A DNA stretch of 46,991 nt from an uncultured Gammaproteobacteria bacterium (lineage in GTDB: Bacteria; Pseudomonadota; Gammaproteobacteria; CAZYCO01): assembly GCA_964645885.1 (NCBI GenBank), contig CAZYCO010000008.1, forward strand, positions 7,171 to 54,161, read 5' to 3'. Each line of letters begins with the position of its first letter. Position 1 is the stretch's first letter. The translations under genes and the position numbers were made by a program. A model generated the notes under the pieces. That model was not told the origin of the DNA, searched no databases, and saw only the letters and a program-made list of their open reading frames with translations. Positions 29,659-38,212 of the stretch are shown one piece after another.

Positions 29659-30306
29659 TTATTCGATTAAATTAATTCGAGTCTGTACAACTACTCCAAT
29701 GATTCGATCTGTTTCACCTAACGGTACAGGCTCTAATTTATTCAAATATGGATTCAAAGACTGTAAATAGCAGTGTGCGCCATCAAGTAGAATTTGTTTG
29801 AATAATGCTTCTGCTTCATTTTGCAAATGTACAACAACAAAACTTTTATCGCGGATCACTTGTTCAGGATCAACAACTAGTAATGTCCCTTCTGGGAACA
29901 ATGTTTCCATTGCTGAGCCTTTAACACGTAGTGCAAATGCACTTTGACTTACTTTAGCATCAGAAAAAATATTTTGAGTTGCTGCAAAATATGGATTTTG
30001 TTGTTTGAGTTGCGGCCATTCAATTGCTTGTTCCCATGTGAGCAATGGTACAGAAGTTAATTGATGTGTAACGAAACGAGTATGTAATTCTTCAACCGGT
30101 GTTTCGTCTAATAGATCAGCAATAGAAATTGCTAACGCATTTGCAAGTGCAATTAGTGATTTGCGATGCGGCCTACTTGTTGCACCAGATAAAATATGAT
30201 GAACCGTTGGTTGCGGTAATGAAGCAGCACGAGCTAAATCTATTTCAGATAAGTTGCCACGGCACTTCATAAAATAACGCAGTCTGTCGCTGAGTTTATT
30301 TGTCAT
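29659..30306 (-). CDS. Lambda-CI-like HTH repressor with a degenerate (Ser-to-Ala) S24 peptidase domain
   Basis: N-terminal XRE-type HTH (LSEIDLARAASLPQPTVHHILSG). The C-terminal region aligns with the CI/LexA autocleavage domain (SAFALRVKGSAMETLFPEGTLLVVDPEQ...LFKQILLDGAHCYLQSLNP). I preferred the start at MTNKLSDRL (30306, after AGGGGAG); the track start is 30348. Confidence 0.8.
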   Translation of the reverse strand: MTNKLSDRLRYFMKCRGNLSEIDLARAASLPQPTVHHILSGATSRPHRKSLIALANALAISIADLLDETPVEELHTRFVTHQLTSVPLLTWEQAIEWPQLKQQNPYFAATQNIFSDAKVSQSAFALRVKGSAMETLFPEGTLLVVDPEQVIRDKSFVVVHLQNEAEALFKQILLDGAHCYLQSLNPYLNKLEPVPLGETDRIIGVVVQTRINLIE

Positions 30307-30508
30307 TTTTTTCTCATCTCCCCTTATTACTCCAACGATTGAAAACAAATTTTTTTCAATTTAAATTTGACAATTTAAATAATTAAGAATAAAAAAGAAT
30401 AAATGTAATTTTTAAAACGAGAGACTACCACATTTTTTTTTAAGAAGAACAGTGCTTAACACCACATGTTGAAACAAGGTTCGTTTAAATCACAAGGGAG
30501 ATGTATCA

Positions 30509-30688
30509 ATGTTAGTTCTTACACGTAAAGTTAATGAAAAAATCATAATTGGTAACAACCAAGAAATTGTTGCCAAAGTTTTGCGAATTAGAGGAGGGAA
30601 AGTTCGTATTGGTATTGAAGCACCGAAACAAGTACGTGTTTATCGAGAAGAAGTTTTAAAACAAACGCACGGTGGTGAAGCTGAATAA
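30509..30688 (+). CDS. csrA: CsrA/RsmA-family RNA-binding protein, divergent paralogue (59 aa; below the ORF-track length cutoff)
   Basis: My translation is [59 protein letters not shown]. It carries the CsrA signatures MLxLTR(K/R) and VRIGIxAPxxVxVxREE. RBS AAGGGAG is 8 nt upstream. Confidence 0.85.
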   Translation: MLVLTRKVNEKIIIGNNQEIVAKVLRIRGGKVRIGIEAPKQVRVYREEVLKQTHGGEAE

Positions 30689-30711
30689 TTAATTTAATTT
30701 TTCATAATTAT

Positions 30712-30748
30712 TTTGTAGGGTGACGAAAAATAATTTAGTCACCCACAA
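30712..30748. repeat. GTAGGG-headed hairpin between csrA and the cupin gene (REP-like, possible terminator)
   Basis: TTGTAGGGTGAC-gaaaaataattta-GTCACCCACAA. No U-tail follows. Confidence 0.45.
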
Positions 30749-30763
30749 CAATAGGAGAAGTTA

Positions 30764-31258
30764 ATGTTACCAGCGGTAAAAACTTATATTGAAAAATATA
30801 ATTTACAACGTCATCCAGAAGGTGGTTATTTTTCTGAAACTTATCGCTCAGCAGATCATGTTGCACCGAAACACGAGCGTTATCAAAACGAAGAGCGAAC
30901 TGCAGGAACATCAATTTACTACTTACTAGAAGGAAATGACTTTTCAGCATTTCATAAAATCAAATCAGACGAAATTTGGCATTTTTATGATGGTTGTGAT
31001 GTTGAAATTTATGTGATTGATCCAACTGGTAAATTAAACAGTTATTTATTAGGTTGTGGTCTAAATGCTCATTTCCAAGTTGTTATCCCAGCAGGGTATT
31101 GGTTTGCTGCAAAACCAATTGATAGTTTATCGTTTAGTTTTGTTGGTTGTACTGTTCATCCTGGATTTGAATTCAGAGATTTTATATTGGCCGAACAACA
31201 GGTTTTTTTGAGCCAATATCCTCAATATAAAGAACTAATTCTAAAATTTACCCGTTAA
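30764..31258 (+). CDS. Cupin superfamily protein, DUF985 type
   Basis: LQRHPEGGYFSETYRS near the N-terminus and the FHKIKSDEIWHFYDG beta-barrel motifs are typical of DUF985. RBS AGGAG. Confidence 0.8.
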   Translation: MLPAVKTYIEKYNLQRHPEGGYFSETYRSADHVAPKHERYQNEERTAGTSIYYLLEGNDFSAFHKIKSDEIWHFYDGCDVEIYVIDPTGKLNSYLLGCGLNAHFQVVIPAGYWFAAKPIDSLSFSFVGCTVHPGFEFRDFILAEQQVFLSQYPQYKELILKFTR

Positions 31259-31283
31259 TCGCCTCATATTTTCTGATAAATCC

Positions 31284-31318
31284 TTGTTCTCTTACGGAAT
31301 GAGTACTATATTAGTGCT
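31284..31318 (+). promoter_or_regulatory. Candidate promoter of the Rrf2-suf operon with an overlapping imperfect palindrome (possible Rrf2 autoregulatory operator)
   Basis: TTGTTC (31284-31289), a 17-nt spacer, then TATATT (31307-31312). The inverted repeat AGTACTAtaTTAGTGCT (31302-31318, 6 of 8 arm pairs) spans the -10. Confidence 0.35.
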
Positions 31319-31342
31319 AGATAGTGAAGATGAGGATTTTTG

Positions 31343-31822
31343 ATGCTTCGGATTAGTAAATTAGCTGATTACGCTACAGTTTTAATGACTTACTTGGCAC
31401 GCCATAAAGAAGACTTAAATAATGCAACTTTGGTGGCGCAAGGAACTGGCATCAGTGTGCCAACTGTTAAAAAGTTATTAAAACTTCTGACTCAATCAGG
31501 GCTACTCATTTCACAACGCGGTACAAAAGGTGGATATTTTTTAGCGCGAGCTGCTGATCAAATTTCAGTGTTAGAAATTATCGAATCTATTGATACCCAA
31601 ACAAATATTACCGAATGCAGTGATAACCATAGCCATTGTTCATTGGAAGCAGTATGTGATGTGAAGAGTAATTGGCTTGTTATTAACAAGGCTATTCAAG
31701 CTGCACTAGCAAGTGTGATGTTGTCACATCTTGCGCAATCAAAATTATCTATTCGAACGGTTGATACCAGTAAATTACAAGCCATTCGCGGAGAAAATCA
31801 TGGCAAAAGCACCACAGAATGA
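31343..31822 (+). CDS. Rrf2-family Fe-S cluster regulator (IscR-like)
   Basis: [19 protein letters not shown] winged-helix N-terminus. Three-Cys cluster [14 protein letters not shown], as in cluster-binding Rrf2 proteins. Overlaps the sufB start by 23 nt. Confidence 0.85.
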   Translation: MLRISKLADYATVLMTYLARHKEDLNNATLVAQGTGISVPTVKKLLKLLTQSGLLISQRGTKGGYFLARAADQISVLEIIESIDTQTNITECSDNHSHCSLEAVCDVKSNWLVINKAIQAALASVMLSHLAQSKLSIRTVDTSKLQAIRGENHGKSTTE

Positions 31823-33251
31823 ATTAGAACAATTAATAGAACAGCAATACCAGCATGGTTTTATAACAGATATTGAAACAGATATTCTTCCACCTGGTTT
31901 AAACGAAGATGTGATTCGTTTTATTTCCAATAAAAAAAATGAACCAGAGTTTCTATTAAATTGGCGCTTGCAGGCATTTCGTCATTGGTTAACGATGACA
32001 GAACCTGAATGGTCTTCGGTGCGTTATCCAAAAATTGATTATCAAGCAATTAGTTATTTTGCTGCACCAAAACAAAAAAAAGATGCGCCTAAAAGCTTAG
32101 ATGAAGTTGATCCGGAATTATTAAAAACCTATGAAAAACTAGGTATTCCACTAAAAGAACAAGAGATGTTAGCTGGTGTTGCAGTTGATGCAGTATTTGA
32201 CTCTGTTTCTGTTGCCACAACATTCAAAGGAAAATTAGCAGAGCTTGGAATTATTTTTTGTTCGTTTTCTGAAGCTGTACAAGAACATCCAGAATTAATA
32301 GAAAAATATTTAGGAACAGTCGTTCCAACCAGAGACAATTTTTTTGCAGCATTAAATTCTGCTGTATTTAGTGATGGTTCATTTATTTATATTCCAAAAG
32401 GTGTGCGCTGCCCAATGGAATTATCTACTTATTTCCGTATTAATGCTAAATCAACCGGACAATTTGAACGAACACTTATTATTGCAGATGAAGATAGTTA
32501 TGTAAGTTATTTAGAAGGCTGTACCGCACCTATGCGTGATGAAAATCAATTACATGCTGCGGTAGTTGAATTAATTGCACTAAAAAATGCGCAAATAAAA
32601 TATTCTACCGTACAAAATTGGTATCCAGGAGATAAAGAAGGTAAGGGTGGTATTTATAACTTTGTAACCAAACGCGGTGCATGTCGTGGCGCCAATTCTA
32701 AAATTTCCTGGACGCAAATTGAAACTGGTTCTGCAATTACTTGGAAATATCCAAGTATTATTTTACAAGGTGAGAATTCAATTGGTGAATTTTACTCTGT
32801 TGCATTAACAAACAATTATCAGCAAGCAGATACTGGCACCAAGATGATTCATTTAGGACGCAATACTAAAAGTACAATTGTTTCTAAAGGTATTTCCGCA
32901 GGATTTGGTCACAATGCTTATCGCGGTTTAGTACGTATTTCACCTAATGCTGAAAATGCTCGAAATTATACCCAATGTGATTCTTTATTAATGGGCAATC
33001 GTGCAAGTGCGCATACATTTCCCTATATCGAAGTAAAAAATTCATCCGCTCAAGTCGAACATGAAGCAACGACATCTAAAATTTCTGACGAACAATTATT
33101 TTTCTTACAACAGCGTGGTTTATCACAGGAAGATGCAGTTTCCATGATCGTGAATGGTTTTTGTAAAGAAGTATTACGCGAATTACCAATGGAATTTGCA
33201 GTAGAAGCGCAAAAATTATTAGGAATCAGTTTAGAAGGCAGTATTGGATAA
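31800..33251 (+). CDS. sufB: Fe-S cluster assembly scaffold SufB
   Basis: The corrected start [12 protein letters not shown] (RBS GGAGA) gives 483 aa. Conserved C-terminal ...[40 protein letters not shown]. Confidence 0.95.
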   Translation: MAKAPQNELEQLIEQQYQHGFITDIETDILPPGLNEDVIRFISNKKNEPEFLLNWRLQAFRHWLTMTEPEWSSVRYPKIDYQAISYFAAPKQKKDAPKSLDEVDPELLKTYEKLGIPLKEQEMLAGVAVDAVFDSVSVATTFKGKLAELGIIFCSFSEAVQEHPELIEKYLGTVVPTRDNFFAALNSAVFSDGSFIYIPKGVRCPMELSTYFRINAKSTGQFERTLIIADEDSYVSYLEGCTAPMRDENQLHAAVVELIALKNAQIKYSTVQNWYPGDKEGKGGIYNFVTKRGACRGANSKISWTQIETGSAITWKYPSIILQGENSIGEFYSVALTNNYQQADTGTKMIHLGRNTKSTIVSKGISAGFGHNAYRGLVRISPNAENARNYTQCDSLLMGNRASAHTFPYIEVKNSSAQVEHEATTSKISDEQLFFLQQRGLSQEDAVSMIVNGFCKEVLRELPMEFAVEAQKLLGISLEGSIG

Positions 33252-33268
33252 AAATACAGGTAAAAAAT

Positions 33269-34021
33269 ATGTTAGATATTAAAAATTTAAAAGTAGCAGT
33301 TTCAGAAAAATTAATATTGCAAGGTATTGATTTACAAGTAAAACCAGGCGAAATCCACGCAATTATGGGGCCAAACGGTTCTGGTAAGAGCACACTTGCT
33401 AATGTACTTGCTGGTCGTAATGGTTATGACGTTGTAACTGGAAGCGTTACTTATTTTAATAAAAATTTATTTGATATGTCCGTTGAAGAACGCGCGAACT
33501 CAGGTTTGTTTTTAGCATTCCAATACCCAGTTGAAATTCCTGGTGTAAGTAATATCAGCTTTTTAAAAGCGTCAGTAAATGCAAAACGTAAAGCCAATAA
33601 TTTACCTGAATTAGATGCAATGGATTTTCTTTCATTGGTAAAAGAAAAAGTAAAAGCAGTAAATATGAAAGAAGATTTTTTATATCGTTCTTTAAATGAA
33701 GGGTTTTCTGGTGGTGAAAAGAAACGTAATGAAATTTTGCAAATGTTATTACTTGAACCATCACTTGCAATTTTAGATGAAACCGATTCAGGTTTAGATA
33801 TTGATGCATTAAAAGTAGTTGCTGATGGCGTGAATACACTTCGTTCGCCTGATCGAGCAATTATTTTAGTTACTCATTATCAACGCTTATTAGATTACAT
33901 TGTTCCAGATTATGTTCATGTGTTATCACAAGGAAAAATTATTCGTTCAGGCGATAAAAATTTAGCGCTGGAATTAGAAGCAAAAGGCTACGGTTGGATT
34001 AAACAATCGGAGGCAATATGA
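33269..34021 (+). CDS. sufC: Fe-S cluster assembly ATPase SufC
   Basis: Walker A GPNGSGKST, ABC signature FSGGEKKR, Walker B LAILDETDSGLD. Confidence 0.95.
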   Translation: MLDIKNLKVAVSEKLILQGIDLQVKPGEIHAIMGPNGSGKSTLANVLAGRNGYDVVTGSVTYFNKNLFDMSVEERANSGLFLAFQYPVEIPGVSNISFLKASVNAKRKANNLPELDAMDFLSLVKEKVKAVNMKEDFLYRSLNEGFSGGEKKRNEILQMLLLEPSLAILDETDSGLDIDALKVVADGVNTLRSPDRAIILVTHYQRLLDYIVPDYVHVLSQGKIIRSGDKNLALELEAKGYGWIKQSEAI

Positions 34022-35280
34022 ATTTAGATTTTGTCCATTTACAAAAACAATTACCTGGCTCTAATTTAAAATGGTTACAGCAATTGCGTAATGAAGCTTT
34101 TTCGTATTTTGAAAATAAAGGGTTTCCAACTCGTTTCGATGAAGATTGGAAATACATGAAAACACAAAGTTTAGCGAAAGAGTTTGAAAATCTGGCAATT
34201 CAAACAAATACATTAAATAAAACTTCAACATTTAATTTTTTAAAAACAGAAGATTATTATGTTTTGTTTATTGATGGCCAAATGATCGCAAGTCAATTGC
34301 CTAAAAATTCTAAAATTGCAATTTCATCTGTAAAGCAAGTGCTTGAACAAAACTCAAAATTAATAGAAAAATGTTTTGTACATTATCAACTTTCACATTC
34401 ATTAATTGCTTTAAACCAAGCGTTGTTATCAGATGGTGTCGTAATTCATATTGCTGAAAATACTCAATTTGATCAGCCAATTTATTGCTTATTTATGCAC
34501 GAGCAAGCAAATAGTATGAATTATAATCGTCATTTTATTATTGCTGAAAAAAATAGCGCAATTACGGTAGTTGAAAAATATTTTTCAAATCAACTGCAGG
34601 CAAATTATTTTGCTAATCACATTACAGATTGTTTTGCAGAAGAAAATGCTAGAATAGAACATATTAAAATTATTGAAGAAGCAAAAAGCAGTTTTCATTT
34701 TAGTCATCTAAATATCCATCAACAAAAATCAAGCAATGTTAAATCACATGTATTTACTTTAAGCGGTGATTGGGTTCGAAGTGACACTCACGTAAATTTA
34801 AATGATGTTGATGTCGAAGTTGAATTAAATGGTCTATTCAATGCAAAAGAAAAACAACATGTTGATCATCATACTGTGGTAAATCATTTTAAACCGCATG
34901 GTAGAAGTAGTGAAAATTATAAAGGAATTATTGATGGCGAAGCTGTTGCTACTTTTAACGGTAAAGTGATAGTGGCATTAGATGCACAAAAAACCACAGC
35001 AACACAATTCAGTAAAAATTTGTTGTTATCTAAACAAGCTGAAATTAATACCAAACCGGAATTACAAATTTTTGCAGATGACGTTAAATGTGCACACGGC
35101 GCAACAGTCGGGCAATTAGATGAAAATGCTGTTTTTTACTTATGTTCTAGAGGATTGCCGTACGCTTATGCGAAAAATTTATTGTTGTACGGTTTTGCAA
35201 TGGAACAAATCGATAAAATTTCAATTCCATTATTAAAACAAAACTTAAAACAGTCGTTGGAGCAATTACATCATGTTTGA
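34018..35280 (+). CDS. sufD: Fe-S cluster assembly protein SufD
   Basis: ATGA overlap with sufC. C-terminal ...TKPELQIFADDVKCAHGATVGQLDENAVFYLCSRGL is typical of SufD. Confidence 0.9.
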   Translation: MNLDFVHLQKQLPGSNLKWLQQLRNEAFSYFENKGFPTRFDEDWKYMKTQSLAKEFENLAIQTNTLNKTSTFNFLKTEDYYVLFIDGQMIASQLPKNSKIAISSVKQVLEQNSKLIEKCFVHYQLSHSLIALNQALLSDGVVIHIAENTQFDQPIYCLFMHEQANSMNYNRHFIIAEKNSAITVVEKYFSNQLQANYFANHITDCFAEENARIEHIKIIEEAKSSFHFSHLNIHQQKSSNVKSHVFTLSGDWVRSDTHVNLNDVDVEVELNGLFNAKEKQHVDHHTVVNHFKPHGRSSENYKGIIDGEAVATFNGKVIVALDAQKTTATQFSKNLLLSKQAEINTKPELQIFADDVKCAHGATVGQLDENAVFYLCSRGLPYAYAKNLLLYGFAMEQIDKISIPLLKQNLKQSLEQLHHV

Positions 35281-36493
35281 TGTTGAAAAAGTTCGACAAG
35301 ATTTTCCAATACTTCATCAAATGGTGAAGGGCAATCCGCTTGTTTATTTCGATAACGCAGCAACTAGTCAAAAACCTAAAGTTGTAATTGATGCAATCAA
35401 AAATTATTACGAGCAAGACAATTCAAATGTACATCGTGGCGTACACGCTTTGAGTGAACGTGCAACTAAACAATATGAGCAAGCACGAAAAAAAATTCAA
35501 AACTTTATCCATGCAAAAAGTGAACGCGAAATTATTTTTTCTCGTGGTACAACCGAAAGTATTAATTTAGTTGCGCAAAGTTATGGCAGAACCTATTTAA
35601 AACCGAATGATGAAATTTTAATTAGCACAATGGAACATCATTCAAATATTGTTCCATGGCAATTATTGTGTGAACAAACTGGCGCTATCTTGAAAGTTAT
35701 TCCAATTAATGATGATGGTGAAATCTTATTAGATGCGTATCAACAATTGTTAAATGAAAGAACTAAAATTGTTGCGATAACTCATATTTCTAATTCGCTT
35801 GGCACAATTAATCCTATTGAACAAATGATTAAGCTAGCGCATGAGAAAAATGCAGTTGTATTAATCGATGGTGCCCAAGCTGCGCCACACACAAAAATAG
35901 ATGTACAAGCATTAGATTGCGATTTTTATGTTTTTTCCGGACATAAAATGTATGCGCCAACAGGGATTGGTATTTTGTACGGTAAAGAACAATTGTTAAA
36001 TCAAATGCCACCTTATCATGGTGGTGGCGAAATGATTACTAGAGTTACATTTGAAGGTTCACAATACAAAGATCTTCCAAATAAATTTGAAGCAGGTACA
36101 CCTAATATTGCAGGTGCAATTGCAATAGGAGTTGCAGCAGATTATTTACAAAATATTGGATTCGATGTGATTCAACAGCAAGAAAAGCAATTATTAGAAT
36201 ATGCAACTCGAGCTGTAGCAGCAATTCCAGAGTTAAAAATCATTGGTAATGCTAAAAATAAAGCTGGCATCCTTTCATTCGTGATCAATGACATACATGC
36301 ACATGATATTGGTACGATTTTAAATGAATTTGGTATAGCAGTGCGTAGCGGACATCATTGCAATATGCCATTAATGCATCGATTACAACTTGCAGCGACT
36401 ACGCGTGCATCATTTGCTTTTTTTAATACCCATCAAGAGATAGATCGTTTTATAAATGCATTAATGCACGTGCGGGAGATTTTTTTAAAATGA
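35273..36493 (+). CDS. sufS: Cysteine desulfurase SufS
   Basis: FDVEKVRQDFPIL, PLP-Lys SGHKMYAPTGIG, and active-site RSGHHCNMP. Confidence 0.95.
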   Translation: MFDVEKVRQDFPILHQMVKGNPLVYFDNAATSQKPKVVIDAIKNYYEQDNSNVHRGVHALSERATKQYEQARKKIQNFIHAKSEREIIFSRGTTESINLVAQSYGRTYLKPNDEILISTMEHHSNIVPWQLLCEQTGAILKVIPINDDGEILLDAYQQLLNERTKIVAITHISNSLGTINPIEQMIKLAHEKNAVVLIDGAQAAPHTKIDVQALDCDFYVFSGHKMYAPTGIGILYGKEQLLNQMPPYHGGGEMITRVTFEGSQYKDLPNKFEAGTPNIAGAIAIGVAADYLQNIGFDVIQQQEKQLLEYATRAVAAIPELKIIGNAKNKAGILSFVINDIHAHDIGTILNEFGIAVRSGHHCNMPLMHRLQLAATTRASFAFFNTHQEIDRFINALMHVREIFLK

Positions 36494-36939
36494 ATGAATT
36501 ACGCGATCTTTATCAAGAAACTATTCTTGATCACAATAAACATCCAAGAAATTTTCATAAAATGGATCAATGTAGTTGTCACGCTGAGGGTTACAATCCA
36601 TTATGCGGCGATCAACTCGAACTCTTTTTGAATGTTGAAAATAATCTAATCCAAAACGCAAGTTTTATTGGCAAAGGCTGTGCTATTTCAACTGCATCTG
36701 CATCATTATTAACTGAAGTAGTAAAAGGGAAATCAACACAAGATGCAGAACAGTTATTTAATTTGATTCATCATTTTTTAACAGATGAAAAAAATGAAAT
36801 TGAATTATCTACATTAGGAAAACTAGCTGTATTAGCAGGCGTAAAAGAATTTCCTGCGCGTGTTAAATGTGCAACCCTAGCTTGGCACACTTTACACGCA
36901 GCATTACAAAAACAAACAAAACCAGTTTCAACTGAGTAA
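36490..36939 (+). CDS. sufU: SufU-type (IscU-like) sulfur acceptor
   Basis: YNPLCGDQLELFL, GKGCAISTASASL and RVKCATLAWHTL. No LPPVK motif. ATGA overlap with sufS. Confidence 0.85.
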   Translation: MNELRDLYQETILDHNKHPRNFHKMDQCSCHAEGYNPLCGDQLELFLNVENNLIQNASFIGKGCAISTASASLLTEVVKGKSTQDAEQLFNLIHHFLTDEKNEIELSTLGKLAVLAGVKEFPARVKCATLAWHTLHAALQKQTKPVSTE

Positions 36940-36944
36940 TTGCG

Positions 36945-37331
36945 ATGACAATTGATTTTTTAAATGAACCAGAAAAAATTGAACAAGCTGAAAAAACTAC
37001 AGATTATGTTGTTTTTGAAGGTGATGATCACGAACTGTTCAATCAAGTTGTAGCTAAATTGCAGACTATCTTTGATCCAGAAATACCTGTGAATATTTAT
37101 GACTTAGGATTGATTTATAAAATTTCTATTTCTACTCAAAACGATGTTATTGTTGAAATGACGTTGACAGCTCCTGGCTGTCCGGTGGCTCAAACTTTTC
37201 CAAATACCGTGGAAACCGCAATTATGCAGGTTGAAACTGTGAATAGCGCAACTGTGGTACTAGTTTGGGATCCACCATGGACACAAGATAGAATGTCAGA
37301 AGCTGCCAAACTTCAATTAGGTTTGCTTTAA
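36945..37331 (+). CDS. sufT: DUF59 Fe-S assembly protein SufT
   Basis: DPEIPVNIYDLGLIY...TLTAPGCPVA is typical of DUF59/SufT. Confidence 0.85.
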   Translation: MTIDFLNEPEKIEQAEKTTDYVVFEGDDHELFNQVVAKLQTIFDPEIPVNIYDLGLIYKISISTQNDVIVEMTLTAPGCPVAQTFPNTVETAIMQVETVNSATVVLVWDPPWTQDRMSEAAKLQLGLL

Positions 37332-37347
37332 AACAAGGGAAGGGTAT

Positions 37348-38163
37348 ATGAGTAATATCGTTATAAACTGGATGGCCGGTTTAATTGCTTTTGGGGTCGC
37401 GTTCTTATTTGCAGTCGTTTTTTATTTGTTTTGTACAAAGAAAAAATTTCTGAATGTCTTAGGAACACTTGTTGTATTTGGGCTTGTTTATTATGCAGCA
37501 GATATATGGACAAAACCTTATTTCGAAGCATGGCGCTATGTACAAGCAGTAAAAAAACTATCAATCGTACAAGCAATCGCAAATTATCAACCAGAACAAT
37601 TTCAAGCATTTAAAAAAGAAGTAACGCAGGTTTTCGTTAATAAAGAAAATCCAGATAAGATCAGTACTTATTTACGACAACTTGGTTTGAATGCGTTTGT
37701 TGCTAGTTTGTCACATGCATCAAATGATTCAATTTATCGCTTCTTGCAATCAACAATTGCATTTTATCAAAAATTAAATGATTCAAATCCTGAACTTGTG
37801 ATTATTATGGAAAATCCAAGTTTAATTCCTGCATCACAAAGTCCTAAAGTGTTGCAAGATCTGATGACTACAACTGAAGGTCAGGATTATGTTAAAGCAA
37901 AAGAAAACCTGATTGAGTCTCAAGTCAAAGATATTAAAAACACAATGACAGATGAACAAATTAAAAGCCAAAGCTCTGCCATTATAAAAGAACTTGGCGA
38001 TAAATATGGCGCTGAAAATGTAACTTTAGTATTTACCAAACCAGGTGATTCAAAGTTAGATAAAAAAGTTGGCGCTCAAATTATCATCGGTTTTTATCAA
38101 AAGATTAAAGATCTTGGTAAAGATAAAGCAGGTGATATTTTTAGATTTACTGCTAAGAAATAA
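37348..38163 (+). CDS. Orphan membrane-anchored protein (two N-terminal TM helices plus a Lys/Gln-rich soluble domain), last gene of the suf transcription unit
   Basis: Starts 16 nt after sufT with RBS AAGGGAAGGG. TM segments are IVINWMAGLIAFGVAFLFAVVFYLF and VLGTLVVFGLVYYAADIW. No family recognised. Followed by a REP hairpin. Confidence 0.6.
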   Translation: MSNIVINWMAGLIAFGVAFLFAVVFYLFCTKKKFLNVLGTLVVFGLVYYAADIWTKPYFEAWRYVQAVKKLSIVQAIANYQPEQFQAFKKEVTQVFVNKENPDKISTYLRQLGLNAFVASLSHASNDSIYRFLQSTIAFYQKLNDSNPELVIIMENPSLIPASQSPKVLQDLMTTTEGQDYVKAKENLIESQVKDIKNTMTDEQIKSQSSAIIKELGDKYGAENVTLVFTKPGDSKLDKKVGAQIIIGFYQKIKDLGKDKAGDIFRFTAKK

Positions 38164-38170
38164 TGAACGA

Positions 38171-38204
38171 ATGGTGGGCATGCGCTTCGCGCTTTGCCCA
38201 CCAT
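38171..38204. terminator. REP-derived hairpin between convergent genes (likely bidirectional terminator)
   Basis: ATGGTGGGCA-tgcgcttcgcgctt-TGCCCACCAT forms a 10-bp GC-rich stem with TTTT following on the plus strand. It has the same GGTGGGCA/TGCCCACC core as the REPs at 2507 and 6431. Confidence 0.6.
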
Positions 38205-38212
38205 TTTCTAAC

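Noticed and set aside
28900-31300. Whether the repressor/CsrA segment is part of an intact prophage or ICE.
   Set aside because: No integrase, excisionase, T4SS, phage structural genes, tRNA target or flanking direct repeats are visible in the window. At most it is a relic or a stand-alone module.
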